Positions 11,311-23,016 of a DNA stretch of 33,346 nt are shown one piece after another. The notes beneath the pieces were generated by a model. It made no database searches, was not told where the DNA came from, and saw nothing but the letters and a program-made list of their open reading frames with translations. Numbering within the stretch: position 1 is the stretch's first letter; each line of letters opens with the position of its first letter. The position numbers and the translations under genes were made by a program. Origin of the DNA: Octopus sinensis (taxonomy: Eukaryota); contig NW_021831954.1 in the NCBI RefSeq assembly GCF_006345805.1, positions 1-33,346 of the forward strand, read 5' to 3'.

Positions 11311-11354
11311 TGCATCACTGACGGGACCAAATCATGTCGAAACAGTGTCTGGCA
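11311..11354 (+). ncRNA. Minimal type-I hammerhead-ribozyme-like motif (A9 to G variant)
   Basis: tgcatca CTGACGG GAC caaatcat GTC GAAA C AGT GTC tggca: core, 3-bp stem II, short stem III, GUC triplet, bulged stem I. Confidence 0.55.
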
Positions 11355-11634
11355 ATCTACTGGTGTCATGAGCGAAGCCCTGTGTTTTGTAATACACAGA
11401 TCTCTCCGAGAAGTTTCTTTGGAACTAAATGTTAGAACAAGTGCCGCTCCACGTCCGTATAAATATTATAAAATGTTATACACACCGGTATCTTTGTGTT
11501 GTTATTTTTAAAGCAATTTTAGAAGTAGTTGACGATCTGACTCTATTCTGAGAGCAAGTTAACTCGATTTTTCACATATACTCAAATGAATGTGTAATCT
11601 GTGCACTTATACATGAGTGTATATATATATAATA

Positions 11635-11692
<58 letters not shown>

Positions 11693-11744
11693 TGTATGTG
11701 GTGTGTATGTATCATGTATATATGGGAAAACTCTACAAAACTCG

Positions 11745-11795
11745 AAAAGAAAAGAAGAAGAAGAAGAAGAACAACAACAACAACAACAACAACAA

Positions 11796-11828
<33 letters not shown>
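11745..11828. repeat. (GAA)n(CAA)n microsatellite
   Basis: Direct reading. Confidence 0.9.
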
Positions 11829-12177
11829 CCAGATGGCTGATTAAGGAAATTTCTACCATTGCATCTTCGTTTTGATCATTCTTTTCATGATAATCTCAAA
11901 TGGCATTCATTACAAGTCAAACACTACAAAAACAAACATCTTACCCATCATGGAATATGATTTACGATGTTACTGTTATTGTTGTTGCTGCTGCTGCTGT
12001 TGCTGCTGTTGCTGATGTTGCTGTTTTTGTTGTTATTGTTGTTGTTAGCCTCTAAGTTGAAAAAGAAATGATGATCAGCAAGTTTGAAGATGCATTTTAA
12101 GCAAATTGGAACGGTAAAATAAGTTCCACAAAAGCACTGAGTTATATCGTTAAAGGATTACACACAAGATTGGATTT

Positions 12178-12180
12178 TGA

Positions 12181-12227
<47 letters not shown>

Positions 12228-12319
12228 GAAGGAAGGAAGGAAGGAAGGAAGGAAGAAGAGAAGAAAGAAAGAAAAAAGAAAGAAAGAAAAAAGAAAGAAA
12301 GGCAGAAAGAAACGAACGA

Positions 12320-12367
<48 letters not shown>

Positions 12368-12450
12368 GAAAGAAAGAAAGAAGGAAGGAAGGAAGGAAGA
12401 AGGGAAGAAAGAAAGAAAAAACAGAAAGAAAGAAAGACAGAAAGAAACGA

Positions 12451-12486
<36 letters not shown>

Positions 12487-12752
12487 AGGAAAGAAAGAAA
12501 GAAAGAAAAAGGAAAGAAAGAAACGAACGAAATAAAGAAAAAAGAAAGGAAGGAAGAAAGGAAGAAAGAAAGAAAAAAAAGAAAGAAAGAAAGAAGCGAA
12601 CGAAAGAAAGAAAGAAAGAAAGAAAGAAAGAAACGAACGAAAGAAAGAAAGAAAGAAACGAACGAAAGACAGAAAAAAGAAAGGAACAAAAGAAAGAAAG
12701 AAAGAAAGGAACGAACGAACGAACGAAAGAAAGAAAGAAAGAAAGAAAGAAA
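12178..12752. repeat. ~570-bp (GAAA)n/(GGAA)n polypurine tract
   Basis: Direct reading; source of ORFs 12150..12932, 12158..13201, 12170..12535 and 12177..12764. Confidence 0.95.
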
Positions 12753-13479
12753 ATGGGTATTTGAATAAATGAATGAGTTACGTCTTTTTTTCCGTTTTCG
12801 TTTTTTTTTATTTTCTTTTCCGGGGGAAGGGGGAGAATGAGAAAAAATTTCATTAAAATGGCTAACGGATATTTGTGTGTTTCTATATATGTATATACAC
12901 ACATATATACATACATACACACACACACACACACATGTGTGCGTGTTAGTGTGTATGTATGCGAATATATACGTATGTTATATGTGCATGTGTGTATATA
13001 TGTATGCATATATACATATATATGTACATATATATATATGTATATATATGTATACATATATATGTACATATATATATATATATATATATGCATGTATATA
13101 TACGTAGAAGTTTGTATGTATATGGATATGAATGTATATATGCATGTATATATACTTATATATATATATATATATACACACCACATTATATACACGCACA
13201 TAAAAATTTGTCAGCCATTTTAATGAAAGTTTTTTTCTTATTCTCTCTCCTCTACAAAAATATCTTAGAAACAAAAACGTAAAAACAGGTGCAACTCATT
13301 CTTCTCTTCAAGAGCTTATTTTTTCATTTCTCATTTCATTTTCTTTTCTTTATTTCTGTCTTTCTTTCTTTACACACGCACACACACACACATACACACG
13401 CGCACGCACACACACACACACACAAATACACACACAGTTATGTATATACATAATCACAGGCGCACAAGTACTTAAATAT

Positions 13480-13700
13480 ATTGATGATGATGATATATTT
13501 GTGATGATGATGAGGATGATGATGATGAGGATGATGATGATGATGAAGATGATGATGATGATGATGATGATGGCGACGACGATGACGACTGAGGAGGAGA
13601 AAGAAGAAGAAGAAGAAGGAGGAGGAGAAAAGAGAAGAAGAAGAAGAAGAAGAAGAAGAAGAAGAAGAAGAAGAGAAGAAGAAGAAGAAGAAGAAGAAGA
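13480..13700. repeat. (GAT)n then (GAA)n microsatellites
   Basis: Direct reading. Confidence 0.9.
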
Positions 13701-14279
13701 AAATATATACATATATTGATATACATGTCTATATAATATGTGTATCTATGTATATATATATATATTATATTATATTATATATTATATATATACATATGCA
13801 TATATAAAAGAGTTAAATGTACTTATATACGTGTGTGTATGTAATTAATTGCTCACACACATATATACATATTTATGCATAGGAAGGTTTTATGTGTGAT
13901 GAGTTTGCGGGTGTATCGTGTGTGTGTGTATGCTTTGCGTGTGTGTGTGTGTGTGTGCTTTGCGTGTGTGTGTGTGTGTGCTTTGCGTGTGTATGTGTGT
14001 GTGTGTATGAAATTTCTAAGTCGGTTCGTTGGTTGTTTATAATTGATTGTATTTTTTCTTTTGCTTTTTCAGTTGCTTTGGTTTTTATTTCTGGGAGGGG
14101 GGGTGCCTGTTTTGTTTTTTTTTTTGGTTTCTAAACTTTATTGTTTTTGTTTTGTTTTCATTGGTTGTTTGCTTATTTTTTCGCCCATTTTATGAAGTAT
14201 ATTAGTAAATAAATAAGTTTATGCTTTGCTTGAAAATAAGCAAAATAAATGGCGTGTGGGGAGAGAAAAAGAGAGGGAG

Positions 14280-14323
<44 letters not shown>

Positions 14324-14384
14324 GTACACACAGATAGAAAGACAGACCGACAGATAGATTGATTGATTGATTGACTAATTGATA

Positions 14385-14733
14385 AAAACATACATACATA
14401 CATACATACATACATACATACATACATACATACATACATACATACATACATACATAATACATACATACATACATTCATACATACATACATTCATACATAC
14501 ATACATACATAGAATCATACATACATACATACATACAAACATGCATACATACATACATGTATACATACATACATACATACATACATACACACGTACATAC
14601 ATATAAACATGCATACATACATACATGCATACATACATACATACATACACACATACATACATACAAACATACATACATACATACATACATGCATACATAC
14701 ATACATACATACATACATACATACATACATACA

Positions 14734-14767
<34 letters not shown>

Positions 14768-14775
14768 CATACATA
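14385..14775. repeat. (CATA)n microsatellite
   Basis: Direct reading. Confidence 0.95.
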
Positions 14776-15870
14776 CGAGGGTCGGCCGATAAGTTTATAG
14801 TCTGAGCAAGATACTCTCATGGAATGTGACCAAATGAGGCTTATTCTTCAACACACTCGCCCATGCAACCCACACACTCTTCTTCCATCGGTGTTGCAGG
14901 CCTATGGATCCCATTGGTGAAGGAGCTTACATCCTGTGGGTCAAAAAAAATATTATCAACAGCAGATATGACGTCATCACGACTGCGATACTGGTTCCCG
15001 GCCAAGTGTCTATCATGTTGAGGAAGAGATGATAATCAGATGAGACCAAATCGGGAGAATAGGGACAGCAATTAACCAGTTCAAAGCCACGGTAGCCATT
15101 AAAAGCAAGCACCTCTGGGGAATTGTCCTGATGAAACAAAACTCCTTACATGAGTTTTTCTCTGGGCATTTGGTCTTGATAGCCTTCTGTAACCGCATCA
15201 ACAAATTGGCTTAGTACTTCCCATTGACGATGTGGCACTTTTGAAGATATTTAATAAACACAATGCTTTTTGCATTCTAAATAACTGATGTCATCACCTT
15301 CCCTGCTCATTAAACGACCTCGGCTTCCTTTGGAGCGGCTGAGGAGGGGTGTTTACACTGCATAGACTGTCTCTTTGTCTCTGACTCAAAGCGATGAACC
15401 CAACACTCATCCTGAGTTAGGGTACGTTCAAGGAAACCAGCTGGATCTACCTCAGTGCCAGATTTTCCTTTGGGGTGATCAGCCTGGTTCGGTTTTGATC
15501 AGATGTCAGAAGACGTGGCACCCACAGAGCAGAAACCTTTGTCATGCCAAAGCCATTTTGCAGAATAATCTCAACTCTCAAAAGATATGATAATAGCATT
15601 GGCTATTTGATTTATAGTCAATCACCTGTCATCCATCACCATGTGCGGAACACAGGCAATGTTTTCCTCGGTGGTGGCAGCTGCAGGACCCCTAGACATT
15701 AGTCATCATCCAGATTCTCCTTTCTCCACATAAATTCAGCTGCCCACTTTTGCACTGTTGATAAAGCTGAAGCGTCGTCCCTTAATGTAGCAAACATGTC
15801 AGCATGAATGTTCTTGTGGGATAGACCCTTTTTCTACGGGGTACTTGACAACACGATGACAAACTTTGTA
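14776..15870 (-). mobile_element. Decayed mariner (Tc1/mariner, DD34D type) transposon lacking its 5' end
   Basis: TA followed by cgagggtcggccgataagttt terminus. Minus-strand fragments KGLSHKNIHADMFATLRDDASALSTVQKWAAEF, WVPRLL (15507-15524), PYSPDLVSSDYHLFLNM; many stops and frameshifts. Confidence 0.85.
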
Positions 15871-15904
15871 GGTGTGTAGGTGTGTAGGTGTGTTTGTGCG
15901 TAGG

Positions 15905-16115
15905 TGTGTGTGTATGTGTGTGTGCATTTGTACACCAACACCGCTTGACAACTGGTATTGGTGTGTTGACGCCCCCATAACTTATCGGTTCAGCAAAAGA
16001 GACCAGCTTTTAAAAAGAAATGTACTGGGTTCGATTCAATCGACTAAAAATTCTTCAAGGAGGTCTCCCAGCATGGCCCCAGTCTAATGACAAACAAGTA
16101 AAAGAATAAAAGAAT
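15905..16115 (+). mobile_element. Octopus-type SINE 3' region
   Basis: caccgcttgacaactggtattggtgtgttgacgcccccataacttatcggttcagcaaaagagacc...cccagcatggccccagtctaatgacaaacaagtaaaagaataaaagaata; homologous to 30080-30304 and, inverted, to 27750-27860. Confidence 0.8.
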
Positions 16116-16141
16116 ATTATAACATATATAATAATATATAT

Positions 16142-16222
<81 letters not shown>

Positions 16223-16443
16223 ATAATATTCTTTTATTCTTTTACTTGTTTCCTTCGGCAAGCTAAGTTACATTTTATTGTTGATCTATTTCATTTGGAT
16301 TTTGAATCGTTTTGGGTTTGAAATTATTATTATTATTATTATTGTTGTTATTGTTGTTGTTCTTGTTGTTGTTCTTGTTGTTGTTGTTGTTGTTGTTGAA
16401 ATGTTATTGTTTATTGTTTCTTGATTCTTATTAGTTACGATCG

Positions 16444-17409
16444 TTATTAATTATGATATCTATTTATATAGGGATTTAACGTTTACATATAATTTAATTT
16501 GAGAATTAGTTTCGTTAGACTTTACATTATTTAATAATTAGGTAATATTTTTATTAAGTAGTATTACATTTAAGTAAATTAGTTTTTATATTAATTAATA
16601 TGATGTTCAACTTTATTATCGTGGGAAATATTAAATCTATAGATACTAACTACATATATATATTAATAATATAGTTAGTTTATATAATGGATTTGGGTAT
16701 ATTTGAACCATTTCCTATTTTTGATTGTATTATTCATGACTAGTAATAGCATTGGGTATATTAATAAGACGCTAAAACCTATTTTTATACATTTAAAATC
16801 CAGATAGATTCATTTAATCGTTGAACTTCGTAATCTTGCTTGTTTATCAATATTATTTGGATCTTGTATTATATTTAGTTTGATTATTGTTGTTATTATT
16901 ATTATTGTTATTGACTGGATTTCTAGTGGACTGACGGTTGTAGTTGAATGTCTTCATAGTGTATTGTTCATTTGTTCTAATATCTTTTGCACCTTTCTTT
17001 TATTTAAGGGGCTTAAATTTCGCCATTATATCATTTTTATATGTATTGATAGTTATAAGTTATGATAGTTATTAATTATTATATCTATTTATTTAGAATT
17101 TATTAGTATTTTTACAAAGGGATCTAACGTATTACATTTAATTTAATTTGAGAATTAATTTTTGTTAGACAATATATTACTTAATAATTAGATGGTATAT
17201 TTATTACGTAGTATTAAATTTAAGTAAATTAGGTTTTATATTAATTGATATTTGGTCAACTATATCATTGAGTGATATATTAAATTTATAGAAACAACAC
17301 ATATACAATAATTATTTAGTCAGTTTATTTAATGAGTTTGTCTATATTTGAACCATTTCTTATTTTGATTACAATATTAATAGCTTGTACTAGCATTGTG
17401 TATATTAAT
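16444..17409. repeat. Diverged AT-rich direct repeat (16444-16765 and 17069-17409)
   Basis: Collinear shared blocks: taatttaatttgagaatta, atttaagtaaattag.ttttatattaatt, tatatttgaaccatttc, tagcattg.gtatattaat. Confidence 0.85.
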
Positions 17410-17494
17410 TAATTTTAAAGTATTGTATAATTTAAGTATTGTATTTAGTTTTCACTTAATGTATATTTAGTATCTTATATATATATATATATAT

Positions 17495-17550
17495 GGCGGT
17501 GCCCCAGCATGGCCACAGCTCATTAGCTGAAACTGGAAAAATCAAAATCA
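17495..17550 (+). mobile_element. SINE 3' tail fragment
   Basis: ggcggtgccccagcatggccacagctcattagctgaaac matches the SINE tails at about 16060-16100 and 30235-30280. Confidence 0.7.
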
Positions 17551-17633
17551 TATATATTAAAGAATATATTTATATTTTAAAAGATTATTTACGTATTTTT
17601 ATTAATTAATTATTTTATTATTGTAGTTTATTT

Positions 17634-17739
17634 GTAACCTGATGAGTGACTATATTTATATCGAAATGGTTTTACTACTACTATTAATTTTTTTACTATA
17701 ATCATTTCTTAAATATACCCACGAAACACGTGTCGTTAT
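17634..17739 (+). ncRNA. Hammerhead-ribozyme-like locus (Penelope-type): tandem pair, or one ribozyme with a large stem II loop
   Basis: gtaac CTGATGA GTG ... CAC GAAA C ACGT GTC gttat; palindromic ACGT loop III, GUC triplet, 5-bp stem I (gtaac/gttat). Confidence 0.55.
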
Positions 17740-18144
17740 TCTACCAAATATATACGTTTTATTTATTATTTTGCAATTTACTTAATCATTAGTATATTAT
17801 TGTTATTTTCTATTTAATATTTCTATTGTATATCATTTTCTAGATGGTGTAATTTAATCGTTCATTTTGAATTGATAAAAGGTGGGGGTTTTTCTAATTT
17901 TTATATATATATTATATTTTGTGAAATTTTATTTAGTATTTCTAAATTGAATTTTTCCCTGTAAGTTAGGAATAATATTCCCTCAAATTATTATTATATA
18001 TATATCATATATAATATATATACATATATATATATATGTATATATATGTATATATGTATATGTATATACATATTGTGCAGAGAGAGAGAGAGTTAGAAAG
18101 AGAGAGAAGTGAACACACAGAGACAGAGAGACAGACAGATAGAT

Positions 18145-18206
<62 letters not shown>

Positions 18207-18510
18207 ACTTGCATATGCTTGTGCTTCAATAAACATAATTGTATATTGGATATGTGTAGTGGGATCTTCAATATAATATGTGTGGGTGTATGTGCATGCT
18301 TGCTACGGTATGTGTTTGTGTATAATTGTATACATACGTAAATTTATTAAGTATATACATATGTGAGTACGCCCACACACACACACACCAGCATACACTG
18401 CCACACCTAAACACACTAATACATACCCAAACAGACATATAAGTGGCCGTGTGGTCTGGTTGGGTATGTGTGTATGCGTATATATACGCATGTATATATG
18501 TGTGTACAAA

Positions 18511-18550
<40 letters not shown>

Positions 18551-18989
18551 TGTATGCATGTGTTTACAGACACATATACACGCAGACAAACAGACATACA
18601 CTCACACACAGCTTGCCTTCCTTCCGACTATTAAATCTAACTAACTTTTCCCTGCCTGCCTTAATAAATCTGACAAAATTTTGCCGTAGGGTCTTTCATA
18701 TTATTTTGCTACCCAATATATTTTGGCTAGCCATCCATACACAGCCATTTTCGCACAACGTTCTAGACAGAAACACATACATACATACATACATATATGT
18801 ATGTATGTATATATAGATATATATTAATATAATGTTGTCTTAGCATTTCTATCAATATATGTGTGTGTGTGTGTGTGTATCATATATTATATATCAATAC
18901 ATGTGCATATGCATATCTATACAGATAGATGTATATTTATATATATACACACATACATATATATGTATGGATGAATAAATATCTATATC

Positions 18990-19028
<39 letters not shown>

Positions 19029-19905
19029 GAGGGGAGAGAGAGACAGAGAAAAGGGAAGAGAGAGGAAGGAGATAAAGAGAGGAGTACATATATATACACA
19101 CGCAAACATACACGCACAAACACAAACACAAGCATACACACACACTCACACACACATATGTGTAGATACGTGTATAGGCTTGTGAAGAATATCCCTTTAC
19201 GTAGAAAATAGAGCATGTCTGACTGTGTGCGTGTGTGTGTGTGTGCATGTGTGTATGCGTGTGTGTATGTGTGTTTGCGCGTAAATGTTTGTCTTGTGTG
19301 TGTGGGTGCATGTATTTAAGAATATGTGTGCTTGCATATACACTCGCTCGCACACGCACACACGCACACACATGCACACATACTCACGCGCGCGCACTCG
19401 CATATACATCTACATGTATCTATCTATATCTATCTAGCTCTCTTTCTTTCTGTCTCTCTCTCTGTCTCTCTGTCTCTCTCTCTCTCTCTCCCAATATATA
19501 TATATATACATAATTAGATTTGGTCCCAGTTACCATAAAGTGATTGTTCTCCCGTTTCTTGAACTTGAAATAAATAAATCAAGAAATTATCTTGTATGAC
19601 ATTTAATATGTTCTTATTTGTCCTCATATAAATATATATGTATGTATGTATGGATGGATGGATGGATGGATGGATGGATGGATGGATGGATGGATGGATG
19701 TACGTCTGTATGTATATCGTTGATATCATAAGACTTTATAAATTTTCGAGAGAACGTTGAATAATTCTTCTTTTCGAACTTGTTCTCGAAGCACACACAT
19801 AAGGCTATACATAATATTAAGTTGAAAATCCCTTTTGGATAAAAAAAAAAGAAACTCGAAGATCCATCCAAAAGTGTTTTTCGAGTCAACATTTACTTGT
19901 TGATA

Positions 19906-20240
19906 TAAGGCGGCAGGCTGGCAGATTCGTTAGCACGGACTGCGGGTTTTAAATTAGTAAACAATGAATTAATTGCTAATGTGTTCTGATGACTACCAAA
20001 ATTGCTCATGAGATGCAAGCAGAACGTCAATTGTCCAAACACCTACGCTTCTAGGGAATATGTTACAGTCTAAACGCCAAATGGCATGAGGGCAGCAAAC
20101 TGGCAGGTTCGTTAGCACGCCGGACAAAATGCTTTGCAGCATTTCTTCTGACTTAACATTCTGAGTTCAAATTGCACAGAAGTCAGCTTTAACTGAGTAC
20201 CAGTTGAGCATTGGGGTCGATGTAATCGACTAACCCCCCA
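19906..20240 (+). mobile_element. tRNA-derived SINE: head fragment (19906-19945) and deleted copy (20088-20240)
   Basis: aaggcggcaggctggcagattcgttagcac; ctggcaggttcgttagcacgccggacaaaatgc...gagttcaaatt...gtaccagttgagcattggggtcgatgtaatcgactaaccccc. Confidence 0.8.
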
Positions 20241-20339
20241 TTCCATCCCACTCCTACCACACACTCACACAACCGACAAAAGGAAAAAGTTCAAGCCTTG
20301 GGCCTTCTGTAGGAAGGAATTACTGATTGGGATAACCTT

Positions 20340-20485
20340 CTACTCCGTTTCCGTCTATAAAATGAACTCGCAAGGCTTGGTCGACCCGGGGTTATAGTTG
20401 AAGACACTTAAGTCGTGACTAGAGGAATTGAACTCAGTACCACGTAGTTCCGAAGCAAAGTACTAAACCACACGGCCATGCCTGT
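20340..20485 (-). mobile_element. Second tRNA-derived SINE family, decayed
   Basis: Minus strand caggcatggccgtgtggtttagtactttgcttc...GAGTTCAATTCC...aagtgtcttcaactataaccccgggtcgaccaagccttgcgag; related to 22105-22222. Confidence 0.7.
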
Positions 20486-20969
20486 ATCTTGTATTTGAAG
20501 TTCTGTGGTTGTGGTTGTGGTGGTGGTGGTGATGGTGGTGGTGGTGGTGGTGCTGCTGCTGTTGTTAAGAAGTGGAGACCGCAGAATTGGTTGGTGTTAT
20601 TTAAAGTCTGTTGTTGCGAAGCCAGATTTCCAGGTGATTTAATTAGGGTTAGTTTAGTTGTGTAAGAGAGTTTATCTTGGAGAATGATTGGAGGATACGA
20701 TGGTGGGGGGTGGGGCGATGTCATTTAAAACTGAAAAGGATGGTAGCGGTGGAGAAGAGTGTTGCTATTGTTGTCGTTGGTGGTGGTGGTGTTTTGGGGG
20801 GGGAGGGTTGCAGCGTTCAAATGTAAGAGATGCCGAAGACAGAAAGAGGTGAGAGATTCCATTGTTAGCAAGAAGTCTTTTATTTTTTTTATTTTTGTCT
20901 GTGGAACTGATGGCAGAGAGGTGTTCGCAGGGGTGGGGGAGGAGCAACGCGTTGGAGAATAGAATGGAA

Positions 20970-21033
<64 letters not shown>

Positions 21034-21309
21034 GTTAAAGGGAAGAAAAGGAAGAGCAGATTACAACACCAGGACTTTCGTCTGAAGAATTGGCGAGAGA
21101 AGAAAAGATAGAAGGAAAGAAAAAGAAAGAAAGATAGAAAGAAAAGAAAGATAGAAAGAAAACAAAGAAAGGAAGGAAGGGAGGGAGGGAGGAAGGAAGA
21201 AAGGAAGAAAAAAGAAAGAAAAAAGTGAAAAAGAACAGGGTGAGTGAGTGAACTGTCTGTTGCATGAGCAAGAAGTTTTGTTAAATGGTGATATATTTTG
21301 AGTAAAGTT

Positions 21310-21310
21310 T

Positions 21311-21368
<58 letters not shown>

Positions 21369-21390
21369 AACCAGTAGTAGTAGTAGAACC

Positions 21391-21425
<35 letters not shown>
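21310..21425. repeat. (GCA)n(GTA)n tract with a 21-bp duplicated unit (...gtagaacca)
   Basis: Direct reading. Confidence 0.9.
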
Positions 21426-21711
21426 GGCGGGACGCTGAGTGGTGGTGCTGTTGGTATTGGTGCAATGGAGAGGATGTGGGGTGGGATGTGGTACTTAATA
21501 TCAAATAACATTAGCTTTGTTGGCAAACTTTTTCGTTACACTGTATTCACTTCGTACCTGAAGAGTGGGCAGCCGGCCAACTACACACACCACACACACA
21601 TGCTTTTGCGTGCATAAGTGCGTCACTGTTATATGCGTATATATTTGTACATATATATATATATTATATATTATATATATATATATATATATATCTATAC
21701 ATATATATAAT

Positions 21712-21746
<35 letters not shown>

Positions 21747-22032
21747 TATACATATATATACATAATATGTACACGTACACACACTATATATAAGTAGGAA
21801 TATATACATACACACAAGTATATCTATAATTTTATATACATGCACACAGGCATATATATAAATGTGTGTGTATAAAAATATATACAGTATATATATTTTT
21901 GTGTGTATGTGTTTGTGTATAATCTGTATATATATAATATATATATATATATATACATACATATTTATATATGTATATATACATATACATATATATATAC
22001 AAACATGTACATTTATATACATATATGCCTAC

Positions 22033-22065
<33 letters not shown>

Positions 22066-22104
22066 TGTATGTATGTATGCATGTATGCTTCCTTGTATGC
22101 ATAT

Positions 22105-22222
22105 ATATGTAAGTGTGGTTCTCAACCACGTAATTTCAGATTCGATACCTTTATACGTCATCTTGTGCATGTGTCTTCTATTATAGCTTCCAGTTGGTTG
22201 AAATTTTGGGAGACGGAAGCGT
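22105..22222 (+). mobile_element. Decayed SINE (second family)
   Basis: tctcaaccacgtaatttcagattcgatacc...gtgcatgtgtcttctattatagcttcc...gagacggaagc, collinear with the reverse complement of 20340-20485. Confidence 0.55.
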
Positions 22223-22579
22223 ATAATGGTCTAGAAGGTGGTGGTGATGGTGAAAGATAAATCCGGTAGTCAAGATAGGTGGTGATTTTGGTGGTAGTGG
22301 TGATGGTGATGTTGATGGTAGTGGCGGCGACGGTAGTGATGGATAACGAAGACAGAAAAAGTTGATAGCTTCCATTGAAACAACAAAACTTTGTGCGAAA
22401 TTACTAAGAAAGAAAGAAACAAACAAACAAAGAAGTTGTGTCGTACTTAGTATTCGTTTAATGCCTGATTTAGACAACATATGCATTCGTTCAGAAACAG
22501 AAACAAGCGAAGTTCAACGTTATTGGAGAAATATATGGGGCAGCTGAAAGATCGAGAAATTGAAAAACATACCAGTCGT

Positions 22580-22636
<57 letters not shown>

Positions 22637-22757
22637 GTATGTATGTTGTATGTACGCACGTGAATGAATATATATATATATAATATATATATATATATTA
22701 TATATATATATATTATATATATATATATATTATATATATAACGGGAAAGTTTACGAA

Positions 22758-22947
22758 AATAAACAAAAGATGAAGGCAGGTGGAGTACAAACAAACAAAT
22801 GTATTAGTATAAGCGCTCAGGAATAGAAATAGAAAAAGTCTTTCGTTTCGAGCCTACGCTCTTCGACAAGAAAGATACACAGAAAAAAAACAAGGAGAGA
22901 AACAAGGAGAGAAAAAATGCGTGTAGGGCTAACGATCTATCATGGTG
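22758..22947 (-). mobile_element. Probable Penelope pseudo-LTR-like repeat fragment carrying a broken hammerhead-like motif (22838-22875)
   Basis: Minus strand tcttt CTTGTCGA A GAG cgtagg CTC GAAAC G aaaga. Assignment to a PLE is inferred from the motif type. Confidence 0.4.
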
Positions 22948-22969
22948 TTCAGTATATTATATATATATC

Positions 22970-23016
<47 letters not shown>

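Noticed and set aside
11299-11511. Plus-strand ORF/exon after a strong acceptor at 11297
   Set aside because: No convincing donor or protein identity; it overlaps the hammerhead motif, which explains the island better.
12150-13201. Longest ORFs (260 and 347 aa; FLSF and ERKK repeats)
   Set aside because: They are translations of (GAAA)n and (TA)n microsatellites, which lack stops by composition.
14173-14820. YVCM/HTYI repeat ORFs here and throughout the window
   Set aside because: (CATA)n, (TA)n and (CA)n artefacts.
16444-17409. Mitochondrial insertion or alternative-genetic-code ORF in the AT-rich repeat
   Set aside because: No recognisable mitochondrial gene or tRNA; stops occur in all frames and recoding gave no identifiable protein.
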